From assembly GCA_964501435.1 (NCBI GenBank), contig CAZCTH010000009.1, positions 9,747 through 73,746 on the forward strand: a stretch of 64,000 nt of DNA. Reading direction: 5' to 3'. A program made the translations under genes and the position numbers. The notes beneath the pieces were generated by a model that made no database searches, had not been told where the DNA came from, and worked only from the letters and a program-made list of their open reading frames with translations. The stretch's first letter is position 1. Each line of letters opens with the position of its first letter. Below, piece after piece: positions 1 to 12,200 of the stretch. This DNA comes from an uncultured Spirochaetales bacterium. Lineage in GTDB: Bacteria; Myxococcota_A; UBA9160; UBA6930.

Positions 1-1721
1 GCATCGGGCCGTCGCCCGCGTGGGTGGTCGCAAAGCTCGAGGCGGCGGGCATCCGCAGCATCAGCAACGTCGTCGACGTCACGAACCTCGTCATGCTCGA
101 GCTCGGGCAGCCGCTGCACGCGTTCGACCTCGATCGCGTGCAGGGCCGCACCGTGCGCGTGCGGGCGGCGACGGCGGGCGAGAAGCTGCGCACGCTCGAC
201 GGCCAGGAGCGCGCGCTCGAGCCGAGCGACCTCGTGATCGCCGACGACTCCGGCGCGATCGCGCTCGCCGGCGTGATGGGCGGCGCGGAGAGCGAGGTGC
301 ACGACGGCACGACGAACGTGCTGCTCGAGAGCGCGCATTTCCATCCGTCGCGGATTCGCAAGACGGCGCGGCGCCTCGGCCTGCACAGCGAGGCGAGCTA
401 TCGCTTCGAGCGCAGCGTCGATCCCGACGGTCAAGCGCGCGCGGCCGACCGCGCGGCGCGGCTGCTGGCCGAGCTCGCGGGCGGCACGGTCGCACCGGGC
501 GTCGTCGAGGCCACGGGCGACCCCGCACCGCGCAGCGCCGAGATCCTGCTCGATCCCGCGCGCGTGAACCGGCTGCTCGGCACGCAACTCGGGGCCGCGG
601 AGATGGTCGCCCTCCTCGCGCGCGTGGACGTCGTCGCGGAAGCCGCGGGCGCGCTGCTGCGCTGCCGGCCGCCGCGCACGCGCGCCGACCTCGCGATTCC
701 CGCGGACCTGATCGAGGAGATCGCCCGCATCCACGGCTACGACGCGATCCCGGCGACGCTGCCGCCCGCGCAGCTCGCCGGCATCACGCTGCCGCCGCGG
801 CGCGCGACGCTCGACGCAGTGCGCGCGAGCCTCGTCGGCGCGGGGCTGACCGAGCTGATGACCTTCACCTGTGTGGATGCGAAGGAGCACGACGCGCTCC
901 AGCTCCCCGCTGGCGATCCGCGCCGCGCCCACGTGCGCGTGCTCAACCCGATCCACGGCGACCAGGATTCGCTGCGCACGCAGCTGGCGGGCACCGTGCT
1001 GCGGATCGCGCGCGCGAACCTCGCCCGCCAGGCCAGCGCGCTCCGCATCTTCGAGATCGGCCGCGTGTTCGTGCCCACGGCGCCCGGCGAGCTGCCGCGC
1101 GAGCCGCTCGAGGCGGCCGCGCTCGTGACGGCCGCCGAAGCGGGCGTGTGGGATCGCGCGGAAACGCCCGTGTTCTTCCAGGCGAAGGGCATCGCCGAGC
1201 GCTTGCTGGCGGATCTCGGCAAGCCCGCCGCGTTCGCGGGCGGCGCGTGCGAGCCGTTCCTGCACCCGGGGGCCTCGGGGACCTTCTCGGTCGCCGGACG
1301 GCCGGTGGTGCGCGTGGGCGAGCTTCACCCGGCCTGCGCCGCCGCCTACGAGATCGACGTGCCCGCCGCGCTCGTGCTGGTCGACGTCGACGCCCTCGAC
1401 GCGCTTCAGATCCCCGGCCCGCGCTACCGCGAGGTCTCGAAGCACCCGCGCGTCGTGCGCGACCTCGCCGTGCTGCTCGGCCGCGACGTGGCCGCGGGGG
1501 ACGTCCTCGCGGCGATCCGCAGGCTCGCGGGCAACACGCTCACGTCCGCCACGGTGTTCGATCGATACGAGGGCAAGGGCGTGCCGGACGGTCGCGTGAG
1601 CCTCGCGTTCCGGCTCGTGTTCCAGCGCACGGATCGGACGCTGACCGAGCAGGAAGTCGCGAAGACCACCGAGCGCGTGGTGGCGGCGTTGAAGCAAGAT
1701 TTCGGGGGCGAGCTCCGCTAG
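1..1721 (+). CDS. pheT: Phenylalanine--tRNA ligase beta subunit, C-terminal part (5'-partial at window edge)
   Basis: The frame of ORF 24..1721 stays open back to the window edge. The translation carries the conserved PheRS-beta C-terminal half (..IRKTARRLGLHSEASYRFERSVDP.., ..SKHPRVVRDLAVLL.., ..FDRYEGKGVPDGRVSLAFRLVFQ..). GC3 is high. ihfA follows directly, as in the classical pheST-ihfA arrangement. Confidence 0.9.
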   Translation, partial: IGPSPAWVVAKLEAAGIRSISNVVDVTNLVMLELGQPLHAFDLDRVQGRTVRVRAATAGEKLRTLDGQERALEPSDLVIADDSGAIALAGVMGGAESEVHDGTTNVLLESAHFHPSRIRKTARRLGLHSEASYRFERSVDPDGQARAADRAARLLAELAGGTVAPGVVEATGDPAPRSAEILLDPARVNRLLGTQLGAAEMVALLARVDVVAEAAGALLRCRPPRTRADLAIPADLIEEIARIHGYDAIPATLPPAQLAGITLPPRRATLDAVRASLVGAGLTELMTFTCVDAKEHDALQLPAGDPRRAHVRVLNPIHGDQDSLRTQLAGTVLRIARANLARQASALRIFEIGRVFVPTAPGELPREPLEAAALVTAAEAGVWDRAETPVFFQAKGIAERLLADLGKPAAFAGGACEPFLHPGASGTFSVAGRPVVRVGELHPACAAAYEIDVPAALVLVDVDALDALQIPGPRYREVSKHPRVVRDLAVLLGRDVAAGDVLAAIRRLAGNTLTSATVFDRYEGKGVPDGRVSLAFRLVFQRTDRTLTEQEVAKTTERVVAALKQDFGGELR

Positions 1722-1741
1722 CGGGGCCGAGGAGACGAGTC

Positions 1742-2050
1742 GTGACGAAGGCAGAGATCGTCGAGCAGATCTACGAGCGCGTGGGCTTCTCGAAGAAGGA
1801 GTCGGCGGAGCTCGTCGAGCGGGTCTTCGACATCATCAAGGACACGCTCTCGGACGGCGAGAAGGTCAAGATCTCCGGCTTCGGCAACTTCGTCGTGCGC
1901 GAGAAGAACGCGCGCAAGGGGCGCAACCCCCAGACGGGCGAAGAGATCCGCCTCGCGGCGCGCCGCGTGCTGACCTTCAAGCCGAGCCTCGTGCTGAAGA
2001 ACATCCTGAACGATCAGCCCCCGGGCACCGACGACGGCCTCGACGACTAG
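1742..2050 (+). CDS. ihfA: Integration host factor subunit alpha
   Basis: GTG at 1742 is preceded by GAGGAG. It encodes a 102-aa HU/IHF-fold protein with ..ISGFGNFVVREKNARKGRNPQTGEEIRLAARRVLTFKPS... The upstream part of ORF 20..2050 is an Arg-rich shadow of pheT. Confidence 0.9.
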   Translation: MTKAEIVEQIYERVGFSKKESAELVERVFDIIKDTLSDGEKVKISGFGNFVVREKNARKGRNPQTGEEIRLAARRVLTFKPSLVLKNILNDQPPGTDDGLDD

Positions 2051-2221
2051 GCTCGGTGGCGTCTTCGCCCCGCTGGCTGCGTTGCGCTGCGCTCGCCGTA
2101 TTTTCAATACGGCTTCGCTTGCGCGCCTTGCCATCGGGGCGAATCCGCTCACCGAGGTCTCGGCGCGGAAGAGTGGGTATCGCGGCCGATCTTCGCGGAC
2201 CCCGACCGGGCCCGGCTTCGG

Positions 2222-2827
2222 TCACGCGGCGGGCAGGTGCTCCTTGGCGACTTCGACCAGTGCCTCGGGGGTGAGCGGGGCGGTCGCGGCGACGGCCCAG
2301 AGGTCGTAGTTCGGGTGGCTGCGCTGCACGGGCAGCACGAGCGGGAAGCCCGCGGCCTGGAGCGAGCCCGTGAGTACGCGCTTCGTGAAGCCGCTCTTGT
2401 GCGCCATGTAGGTCTTGCCGCTCGCGATCGAGTCGCGGTGGCCGTAGAGGATGTCGATCGGCGCGATCGGGCCGGCCGGTGACACGTAGGCGGCGTCGGT
2501 CAGCTGGTCGGCCGCGATCAGCTCGCACACGGACTGGAGATCCGGGCAGGTGATCACGGCGTAGCCGCCGGGCTTGAGGACGCGGCGGAACTCGGCGAGG
2601 GCGACCGGGACCTCGTGCGGGAACAGATGCTCGAGGTTGTGGCTCGAGAACAGCGCATCCACCGAGGCGTCGGCGACGGCGGACATGTCCGTCATCGAGG
2701 CCACGATGTCCGGTTGCGCGGCGGCGTCGATGTCGAGGCGCAGCTCCTGCCAGCCCGGCTGCGCGAAGCCGCGCGTCGTGCCGTCCTTGCGCTTCGATCC
2801 GCAGCCCACGTGAAGAAAAGTCCGCAT
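2222..2827 (-). CDS. Class I SAM-dependent methyltransferase (Methyltransf_11-like)
   Basis: These are the last 201 codons of the 3788-aa minus-strand ORF. ATG (cat at 2825-2827) gives MRTFLHVGCGSKRK.. with a motif-I-like HVGCG and ..LKPGGYAVITCPD... Everything upstream in that ORF is the antisense shadow of the repeat gene. Confidence 0.8.
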   Translation of the reverse strand: MRTFLHVGCGSKRKDGTTRGFAQPGWQELRLDIDAAAQPDIVASMTDMSAVADASVDALFSSHNLEHLFPHEVPVALAEFRRVLKPGGYAVITCPDLQSVCELIAADQLTDAAYVSPAGPIAPIDILYGHRDSIASGKTYMAHKSGFTKRVLTGSLQAAGFPLVLPVQRSHPNYDLWAVAATAPLTPEALVEVAKEHLPAA

Positions 2828-2940
2828 CGCCTTTGCCCTCCCGCGCGCCTCCTCGACGCGGTCCGCTGCGCGCTGGAGACGATTCTCTGCGTCTCGGTGG
2901 AAAAACCTCGCGCGCAGCGGTCTTCGCGCCGCGCCCGTAA

Positions 2941-2962
2941 CAATCTGCAATCCCCCGGCGCA
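2941..2962 (+). promoter_or_regulatory. Bipartite motif CAATCTGCAA-N6-GGCGCA, copy 1 (upstream of the megaprotein gene)
   Basis: An AT-rich 10-mer plus a 6-mer at identical spacing recurs at 17686-17707, in the other divergent promoter region of the same locus. Function is unproven. Confidence 0.3.
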
Positions 2963-3277
2963 GCGGCGACTTGCGCCGCGGCGCTTCCGGCGCACGCCTT
3001 CGCACCTGCTTCGCAGCCCGTGCGTCGCCGCGGCGGCGACAACGCGAATTCTCCGCGCGATCTCGGGTGAATTGCGCAGCGCAAACCGTCTTTTTCCTCG
3101 GTTCCCGAAGTCCGAGACGGCCACGGAGCGCCTCCGTGCGGCGCGAACCGAACGACGCAATTCCGGCCACTCGCGCACTCCGCGAGCTCGGCAGAACGGA
3201 CGCGGCGCGAGGGGGGGACGCACGGAGGGGCGTGAAGTGTTTCGCGTCGGCGGTGGCCGCCGAAGGAGATCTCGACG

Positions 3278-6200
3278 ATGACGTGGATTGCGTCTCTCAC
3301 GACGGACCAGATCGCGGGCCTCAGCACGACGACGATCGCGGGGCTCGGCACCGACGACATCGCGTCGATGTCCACCGCGCAGGTCGCCGCGCTCACCACG
3401 TCGCAGATCCCCGCGCTGGCGACCGTCGCAGTCGCAGCGCTCTCGACGGCGCAGACCGTCGCGCTCTCGACCGCACAGATCGTCGCCATCACCACCGCGC
3501 AGGCTGGCGCGCTCACCTCTTCGCAGGTCGGCGCCCTGACCACCGCGCAGCTCACCGCGATCGAGACGGCCGACGTCGCCGCGCTCGCGACCGCTGCGAT
3601 CGCGGGCCTCACCACGGCGCAGGCCGCCGCGCTCACCACGGCGCAGGTCGCCGCGCTCGGCACCGCGCAGATTCGCGGCCTCGAGACGGCCGACCTCGCA
3701 GCTTTCACGACGGCGCAGGTGGTCGCGCTCACCACGGCGCAGGCCGGCGCGCTCACGAGCGACCAGGTGGTCGCGCTCACCACGGCGCAGGTGGCGGCGA
3801 TGGAGACGGCGGACGTCGCCGCACTCTCGACGGGAGTGATCGCGGCGATCCAGACCGCCGACCTCGCCGCGTTCACGACGGACCAGATCGTCGCCCTCAC
3901 CACGGCGCAGGTCGCGAAGCTCACGTCGGCGCAGCTCGCCGCGCTTTCGACCGCACAGCTCGTCGCGATGCAGACCGCCGACGTCGCGAAGCTCGCCGTC
4001 ACGGCGATCCCGGGCCTCACCACCGCGCAGACCGCCGCCCTCACCACGGCACAGTTCGCCGCGCTCGGCACCGCGCAGCTGCGCGCGATCGAGACGGCCG
4101 ACTTCGCCGTGCTCACGACGGATCAGATCGTCGCGCTCACGACCACGCAGGCGGCGGCGATCAAGTGGGACCAGCTCGCGGCGATGACGACCGCCCAGCT
4201 CACCGCGATGCAGACGGCCGACGTCGCGTCCATCGCGACGGCCACGATCGGCGGCCTCACGACGGCGCAGGCGGCCGCGCTCACCACGGCGCAGGTCGCA
4301 GCCCTCACGACGGCGCAGATCGCAGCGCTGCAGACCGCGGACCTCGCGGCGCTCACCACCGCCCAGATCGTCGCGCTCACGACCGCGCAAGCGGGCGCGC
4401 TCACCTCCGGGCAGGTCGCGGCGCTCACCACCGCGCAGCTCGCGGCGATGGAGACCGCCGACGTCGCGAAGCTCGCGACGGGCTCGATCCCGGGCCTCAC
4501 GACGGCGCAGGCCGCCGCGCTCACCACGGCGCAGGTCGCAGCCCTCACGACGGCACAAGTCGCTTCGCTCCAGACGACCGACCTCGCCGCGTTCACGACG
4601 GACCAGATCGTCGCGCTCACGACGGCACAGGCCGCGGCGCTCACGTCCGCCCAGGTGGGCGCGCTCACCACGGCGCAGCTCGCGGCGATGCAGACTGCGG
4701 ATCTCGCGGCGATCGCGACGGGCGCGGTGAAGGGCTTCACGACGGCGCAGATCGCCGCGCTCGCGACGGGCCACGTCGCGGCGCTGACGACCGCTCAGGT
4801 CGCCGCCCTCGAGTCCACCGACGTCGCCGCGCTCACGACGGCGCAGGTGGTCGCGCTCACGACCGCGCAGGCGGCGGCGCTCACCAGCGCGCAGCTCGCG
4901 GCGATGACGACGGCCCAGATCGCGGCGCTCGAGACCGCCGACTTCGCGGCCCTCTCGACCGGTGCGATCGCGGGCATGCAGACCGCCGACGTCGCGGTGC
5001 TGACCACCGACGAGATCGTCGCCCTCACGACGGCGCAGGCCGCGGCGCTCACCTCGGCGCAGGTCGCCGCGCTCTCGACGGCGCAGCTCGCGGCGATGCA
5101 GACCGCCGACGTGGCCGCGCTCGCCACGGGTGCGATCGCCGGCCTCACGACGGCGCAGGCCGTCGCACTCACCACCGCGCAGTTCGCCGCCCTGACCACG
5201 GCGCAGATTCGCGCCATCGAGACGGTGGACCTCGCGGCGCTCACCACCGACCAGATCGTCGCGCTCACGACCGCCCAGGCGGGTGCGCTCTCCTCGGCGC
5301 AGGCCGTCGCGCTCACCACGGCGCAGTTCGCGGCGATGCAGACCGCCGACGTCGCGGCGCTCTCTACCGGCGTGATCTCGGCGATCCAGACCGCCGACCT
5401 CGCGGCGCTCTCCACGGACCAGATCGTCGCGCTCGGCACCGCGCAGGTCGCGAAGCTCTCGTCGGCCCAGCTCGCGGCGCTCACCACCGCGCAGCTCGTC
5501 GCGATGCAGACCGCCGACCTCGCCGCGCTCGCGGTCTCGACGATCCCGGGCCTCACCACCGCGCAGACGGCGGCGCTCACCACGGCGCAGTTCGCCTCCC
5601 TCACGACGGGGCAGCTCCGCGCCCTCGAGACCGCGGACTTCGCGGTGCTGACCACCGACCAGATCGTGGCCCTCACGACCGCGCAGGCCGCGGCGATCAA
5701 GTGGGACCAGCTCGCCGCGATGACCACGGCGCAGCTCACGGCGATGCAGACGGCCGACCTCGCGGCGATCTCGACCGCCTCGATCGGTGGTCTCACCACC
5801 GCGCAGGCCGCGGCGCTCACGACCGCGCAGGTGGCGTCCCTCACCGCGGCGCAGATCGCGGCGATGCAGACCGCCGACCTCGCGGCGCTCACGACCGCCC
5901 AGATCGTCGCGCTCACGACGGCGCAAGCCGCGGCGCTTACCTCCGGACAGGTCGCCGCGCTCACCACGGCCCAGCTCGTCGCGATGGAGACCGCCGACGT
6001 CGCGAAGCTCGCGACCGGCGCGATCCCCGGCCTCACGACGGCGCAGGCCGCAGCGCTCACGACCGCGCAGGTCGCGGCGCTCACCACCGCGCAGGTGGCG
6101 GCGCTTCAGACCGCGGATCTCGCGGCGCTCACCACGGCGCAGGTCGTGGCTTTCACCACGGCGCAGGCGGGGGCACTGACGTCCGCGCAGGTGGCGGGCC

Positions 6201-9200
6201 TCACCACCGCGCAGCTCGCGGCGATGGAGACCGCGGACTTCGCGAAGCTCTCGACCGCAGCCATCAAGGGCCTCACGACGGCGCAGGCCGCGGCGCTGGC
6301 GACGGGCCACGTCGCGGCGCTCACGACGGCGCAGGTCGCGGCGCTCGAGACGGCGGACGTCGCCGCGCTCACGACGGCGCAGATCGTCGCGCTCGGCACG
6401 GCCCAGGCCGCCGCGCTCGGCTCCGCGCAGGTCGTCGCGCTCACGACCGCGCAGGTCGCGGCGCTCGAGACCGCGGACTTCGCGGCGCTCGCCACCGCGG
6501 CGATCGCCGGCATGCAGACCGCCGACGTCGCCGTCCTCACGACCGACCAGATCGTCGCGCTCACCACGGCGCAGGCGGCAGCCCTCACGTCCGCGCAGGT
6601 GGCGGCGCTTTCGACCGCGCAGCTCGCGGCGATGCAGACCGCGGATCTCGCGGCGCTCTCGAGCGCAGCAGTCGCGGGCTTCACGACTGCGCAGATCGCG
6701 GCGCTCGGCACGGCGCAGTTCGCCGCGCTCTCGACCGCCCAGATCGCCGGCATGCAGACCGCCGACGTCGCGGCGCTGACGACGGCGCAGATCGTCGCCC
6801 TCACGACGGCGCAGGCGGCGGCGCTCACCTCCGCCCAGATCGCGGCCATGAGCACGGCGCAGCTCGCCGCGATGGAGACGGCGGACTTCGCGCATCTCTC
6901 GTCCGGCGCGATCGCCGGGCTCACCACGGCGCAGGCGGCGGCGCTCACCACCGCGCAGGTCGCTGCGCTCACGACGGCGCAGATCCCGCGCCTCGAGACC
7001 GCCGACCTGGCGGCGCTGACCACGGCGCAGGTCGTGGCGCTCACGACGGCGCAGGCCGGCGCGCTGACCTCCGCCCAGGTGGTCGCGCTCTCGACCGCGC
7101 AGTTCGCGGCGATGGAGACCGCCGACTTCGCGGCGCTCGCGACGGGCGTCATCGCGTCGATCCAGACCGCAGACCTCGCGGCGCTGACGACCGACCAGGT
7201 CGCGGCCCTCACCACGGCGCAGGCGGCGAAGCTGACCTCCGCCCAGGTGGCGGCGCTCACGACCGCGCAGCTCGTGGCGATGCAGACCGCGGACCTCGCG
7301 GCGCTCACCAGCGCCGCGATCGCGGGCCTCACCACCGCGCAGGCGGCGGCGCTCACGACCGGGCAGGTCGCGGCGCTCGCGACGGGACAGATCCGCGGCC
7401 TCGAGACGGCCGACCTCGCGGCCTTCACGACCGACCAGATCGTGGCCCTCACCACGGCGCAGGCCGCAGCGCTCACCTCGGTGCAGCTCGCGGCGCTCAC
7501 GACGGCGCAGCTCGTCGCGATGCAGACCGCCGACCTCGCGGCGCTCTCGACCGCGGCGATCCCCGGCCTCACGACGGCGCAGGCCGCGGCGCTCACCACC
7601 GCGCAGGTGGCGGCGCTCGGCTCCGCGCAGATCGCGGCGCTGCAAACCGCGGACCTCGCCGCGCTCACCACGGCGCAGATCGTCGCGCTCGGCACCGCCC
7701 AGGCGGCGGCGCTCACGAGCGCACAGATCGCGGCGCTCACCACGGCACAGCTCACCGCGATGGAGACGGCGGACCTCGCCGCGCTCGACGCCGGCGAGCT
7801 CGCGGGCCTCACCACCGCGCAGGCGGCGGCGCTCACGACGGCGCAGGTCGCGGCGCTCGGCACCGCGCAGATCGCGGGCCTCGAGACGGCGGACCTCGCG
7901 GCGCTCACCACCGCGCAGGTGGTGGCGCTCACCACCACCCAGGCGGCGGCGCTCGGCTCCGCGCAGGTGGGAGCCTTCACCACGGCGCAGCTCGCGGCGA
8001 TGGAGACCGCCGACTTCGCGAAGCTCTCGACGGCCGCGATCAAGGGCCTCACCACGGCGCAGGCCGCGGCCCTCGCGACCGGGCACGTGGCGGCGCTGAC
8101 GACCGCGCAGGTCGCCGCGCTCGAGACGGCCGACGTCGCGGCGCTCACGACCGCACAGGTGGTCGCGCTCGGCACCGCGCAGGCGGCGGCGCTCACGTCG
8201 GCGCAGCTCGCCGGCATGACGACGGCGCAGATCGCCGCGCTCGAGACCGCGGACTTCGCGGCGCTCGCGACGGCGGCGATCGCCGGCATGCAGACCGTCG
8301 ACGTCGCGGCGCTGACGACCGATCAGATCGTGGCGCTGACGACGGCGCAGGCGGCCGCGCTCACGAGCGCGCAGATCGCCGCGCTCTCGACCGCGCAGCT
8401 CGCGGCGATGCAGACGGCGGACTTCGCGGCGCTCTCGTCCGGCGCGATCGCCGGCCTCACCACCGCGCAGGCGGCGGCGCTCACGACCGCACAGGTCGCG
8501 GCGCTCACGACGGCGCAGATCCCGCGCCTCGAGACCGCCGACGTGGCGGCGCTGACGACGGCGCAGATCGTCGCCCTCGGCACCGCCCAGGCCGGCGCGC
8601 TGACCTCCGCCCAGGTGGTCGCGCTCACGACCGCGCAGTTCGCGGCGATGGAGACCGTGGACTTCGCGGCGCTCGCGACGGGCGTGATCGCGTCGATCCA
8701 GACGGCGGATCTCGCGGCGCTCACGACCGACCAGATCGTGGCCCTCACCACGGCGCAGGCCTCGAAGCTCACCTCGGCGCAGCTGGCGGCGCTGACGACG
8801 GCGCAGCTCACCGCGATGCAGACCGCCGACCTCGCGGCGCTCTCGAGCTCGGCGATCGCCGGCCTCACCACGGCGCAGGCCGCGGCGCTGACGACGGGGC
8901 AGGTGGCGGCGCTCGCGACCGCGCAGATCCGCGGCCTCGAGACCGCGGACCTCGCGGCCTTCACCACCGACCAGATCGTGGCGCTCACCACGGCGCAGGC
9001 GGCCGCGCTCACTTCGGCGCAGCTCGCGGCGCTCACCACCGCGCAGCTCACCGCGATGCAGAGCGCGGATCTCGCGGCGCTCTCGACCGCGGCGATCCCG
9101 GGCCTCACCACGGCGCAGGCGGCGGCGCTCACCACCGCGCAGGTGGCGGCGCTCGGCACCGCGCAGATCGCGGCGCTCCAGACCGCGGACCTCGCGGCCT

Positions 9201-12200
9201 TCACGACGGCGCAGATCGTGGCGCTCACCACGACCCAGGCGGCCGCGCTCACGAGCGCTCAGGTCGCGGCGCTCTCGACGGCGCAGCTCGTGGCCCTCGA
9301 GACCGCGGACATCGCGCGGCTCTCGACCGCCGGCATCGTCGGCCTCACGACGACGCAGGCGGCCGCGCTCACCACGGCGCAGGTTGCGGCGCTCACGAGC
9401 ACGCAGATCGCGGCGCTGCAAACGGCCGACCTCGCGGCGCTCACCACGGCGCAGATCGTCGCACTCGGCAGCGCGCAGACCGCGGCGCTCACCTCCGCCC
9501 AGGCCGCGGCGCTCACCACGGCGCAGCTCGCGGCGATGGAGACGGCCGACTTCGACAACCTGTCGACCGCCGCCATCAAGGGCCTCACCACGGCGCAGGT
9601 CGCGGCGCTCACGACGGGCCACGTCGCGGCGCTGACCACCGCGCAGGTGGCGGCGCTCGAGACGGCGGACGTCGCGGCGCTCACCACCGCGCAGGTGGTC
9701 GCGCTCACGACGGCGCAGGCCGCGGCGCTCACCTCGGCACAGGTCGTCGCCCTCACCACCGCGCAGGTGGCGGCGCTCGAGACCGCGGACTTTGCTGCCC
9801 TCTCGACGTCGGCGATCGCCGGCATGCAGACGGCGGACGTCGCGGCGCTGACGACGGCGCAGATCGTGGCGCTGTCGTCGCTGCAGGCCCCCGCGCTCAC
9901 CTCCGCACAGATCGCGGCGCTCTCGACGGCGCAGCTGAACGCGATGGAGACCTCGGACTTCGCGCGGCTCTCCACCGGCGCGATCAAGGGCCTCACCACC
10001 GCGCAGGTCGCAGCGCTCCCGACGGGCCACGTCGCGGCGCTCACCACGGCGCAGGTGGCGGCGCTCGAGACCGCGGACGTCGCGGCGCTCACGACGGCGC
10101 AGGTGGCCGCGCTCTCGACCACGCAGGCGGCGGCCCTCGGCTCGGCGCAGGTCGCCGCGCTCGGCACCGCGCAGTGGGTGGCGATGGAGACCGCGGACGT
10201 CGCGGCGCTCTCGACCGCGGTGATCGCCGCGATCGAGACGGCCGATGTCGCCGCGCTCACCACCGACCAGATCGTCGCGCTCTCGACGGCGCAGCTCGCG
10301 AAGCTGACCTCGTCGCAGATCGCGGCGCTCACCACGGCGCAGCTGGTGGCGATCCCGACGGCCGACATCGGCTCGCTCTCGGCGAGCGCGGTCCCGGGCC
10401 TCACCACGGCACAGACGGCGGCGCTCACCACGGCGCAGATCGCCGCGCTCGGCACCGCGCAGGTGCGGGCGCTCGAGACCGCGGACGTCGCGGCGCTCAC
10501 GACCGACCAGATCGTGGCGCTGACCACGGCGCAGGCCGCGGTGATCACGTCGGCGCAGCTCGGGGCGCTCACCACGGCGCAGCTGGCGGCGATGCAGTCG
10601 GCGGATCTCGCGGCGATCTCGGTCTCCGCGATCCCCGGCTTCACGACGGCGCAGATCGCGGCGCTCTCGACCACGCAGGTCTCGCAGCTCGCGAGCGACC
10701 AGATCACGGCGCTGCAGACCGCGGACTTCGCCGCCCTGTCGACCGCGCAGCTGGTGGCGCTCACGACGGCGCAGGCCGGCGCGATCGCCTCGACGCAGCT
10801 CGCGGCGCTCTCGACCGCGCAGCTCGTGGCCCTCGAGACGGCCGACTTGGCGGCGCTCACGACCGCGGCGATCCGCGGCCTCACGACCGCGCAGGCCGCG
10901 GCGCTCACCACCGCACAGGTGGCGGCGCTCGCGACGGCGCAGGTGGGGGCGCTCGAGACGGCCGACCTCGCGGCGTTCACCACGGCGCAGGTCGCTGCGC
11001 TGACGACGGCGCAGGCCGGCGCGCTCAGCGCGACCCAGGTGGCCGCCTTCAGCACCGCGCAGCTCGCGGCGATGGAGACCGCGGACTTCGCGAGGCTCAC
11101 CACGGCCGCGATCAAGGGCCTCACCACCGCGCAGGCGGCGGCGCTCGCGACGGGTCACGTCGCGGCGCTCACCACGGCGCAGGTCGCGGCGCTCGAGACC
11201 GCGGACCTCGCGGCGTTCACCACGGCGCAGGTCGTGGCGCTCACCACCGCGCAGGCGGCGGCGCTCACCTCGGCGCAGGTCGCGGCGCTCACCACGGCGC
11301 AGGTCGCTGCGCTCGAGACCGCGGACTTCGGCGCGATCTCGGCGGCGGCCTTCGTCGGGATGGAGACGGCCGACCTCGCGGCGCTCACGACCGCACAGGT
11401 CGCGGCGCTCTCGACGGCGCAGGCGGGCGCCTTCGGGCTCCTGCAGATCGCGGCGCTCTCGACGGCGCAGCTCGCGGCGATGGAGACGGCGGACGTTGCG
11501 GCGCTCTCGACCGCGGCGATCGTCGGGCTCACGACCGCGCAGATCGCGTCGCTCTCGACGGCGCAGATCGTGGCCCTCACGACGTCGCAGATGCCGGTGC
11601 TCCAGACCGCCGACATCGCGGCGCTCACCACCGCGCAGGTGGCGGCGCTGCAGACGGCGGATCTCCACGCTCTGCAGACCTCGCAGATCCCGGCCTTCAC
11701 GACGGCGCAGGTCGCGGCGCTCACCACGGCGCAGCTCTCGAACCTCACCAGCCAGCAGGAGGCCGCCTTCACGGCGACGCAGCTCCAGGCGATGACCACG
11801 GCACAGCTGAACGCCCTCGCGCTCTCCTCGCCGCTGATCCTCGACCTGAACGGCGACGGCGTGCGCACGACGGCGCTGGCGGACGGCGTCACCTTCGACG
11901 TCAACGCGGTGGGCCACGCGGTCCACACCGGCTGGGTGTCCGCCGAGGACGGCCTGCTGGTGCTCGACCGCAACGCCGACGGGACGATCGGCGACGGCAG
12001 CGAGCTGTTCGGCACCGCCACGCAGCTGGCGGACGGCTCGAACGCGAGCGACGGCTTCACGGCCCTCGCCGAGCTCGATGCCAACGGCGACGGTGCGCTG
12101 ACGGCGGCCGACGCGGCCTTCGATGCCCTGCGCGTGTGGGTCGACGGCAATCAGGACGGCGTCAGCCAGGCCGGCGAGCTGCACACGCTCGACGACCTCG

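Noticed and set aside
20-2050. 676-aa ORF spanning pheT and ihfA
   Set aside because: The first roughly 570 codons are an Arg-rich out-of-frame shadow of pheT. Only the GTG-initiated last 102 codons (1742-2050) give a real IHF-alpha sequence.
2095-2113. Hairpin GCCGTA-TTTTCAA-TACGGC downstream of ihfA as an intrinsic terminator
   Set aside because: It has only a 6-bp stem with a weak, interrupted T-run (TTCGCTT) after it. It is plausible but too weak to report as a feature.
2941-2950. Shared CAATCTGCAA motif as a sigma-54 (-24/-12) promoter because of the TGCA element
   Set aside because: There is no GG dinucleotide at the required spacing upstream of the GC in either copy, so it does not fit TGGCAC-N5-TTGCA.
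3293-11818. Possibility that the 24-bp periodic array is a CRISPR or non-coding satellite
   Set aside because: There are no unique spacers alternating with repeats. The periodicity is 24 nt (a multiple of 3) with strong codon-position bias. An RBS and ATG sit at the 5' end and a distinct protein domain at the 3' end. It is coding.
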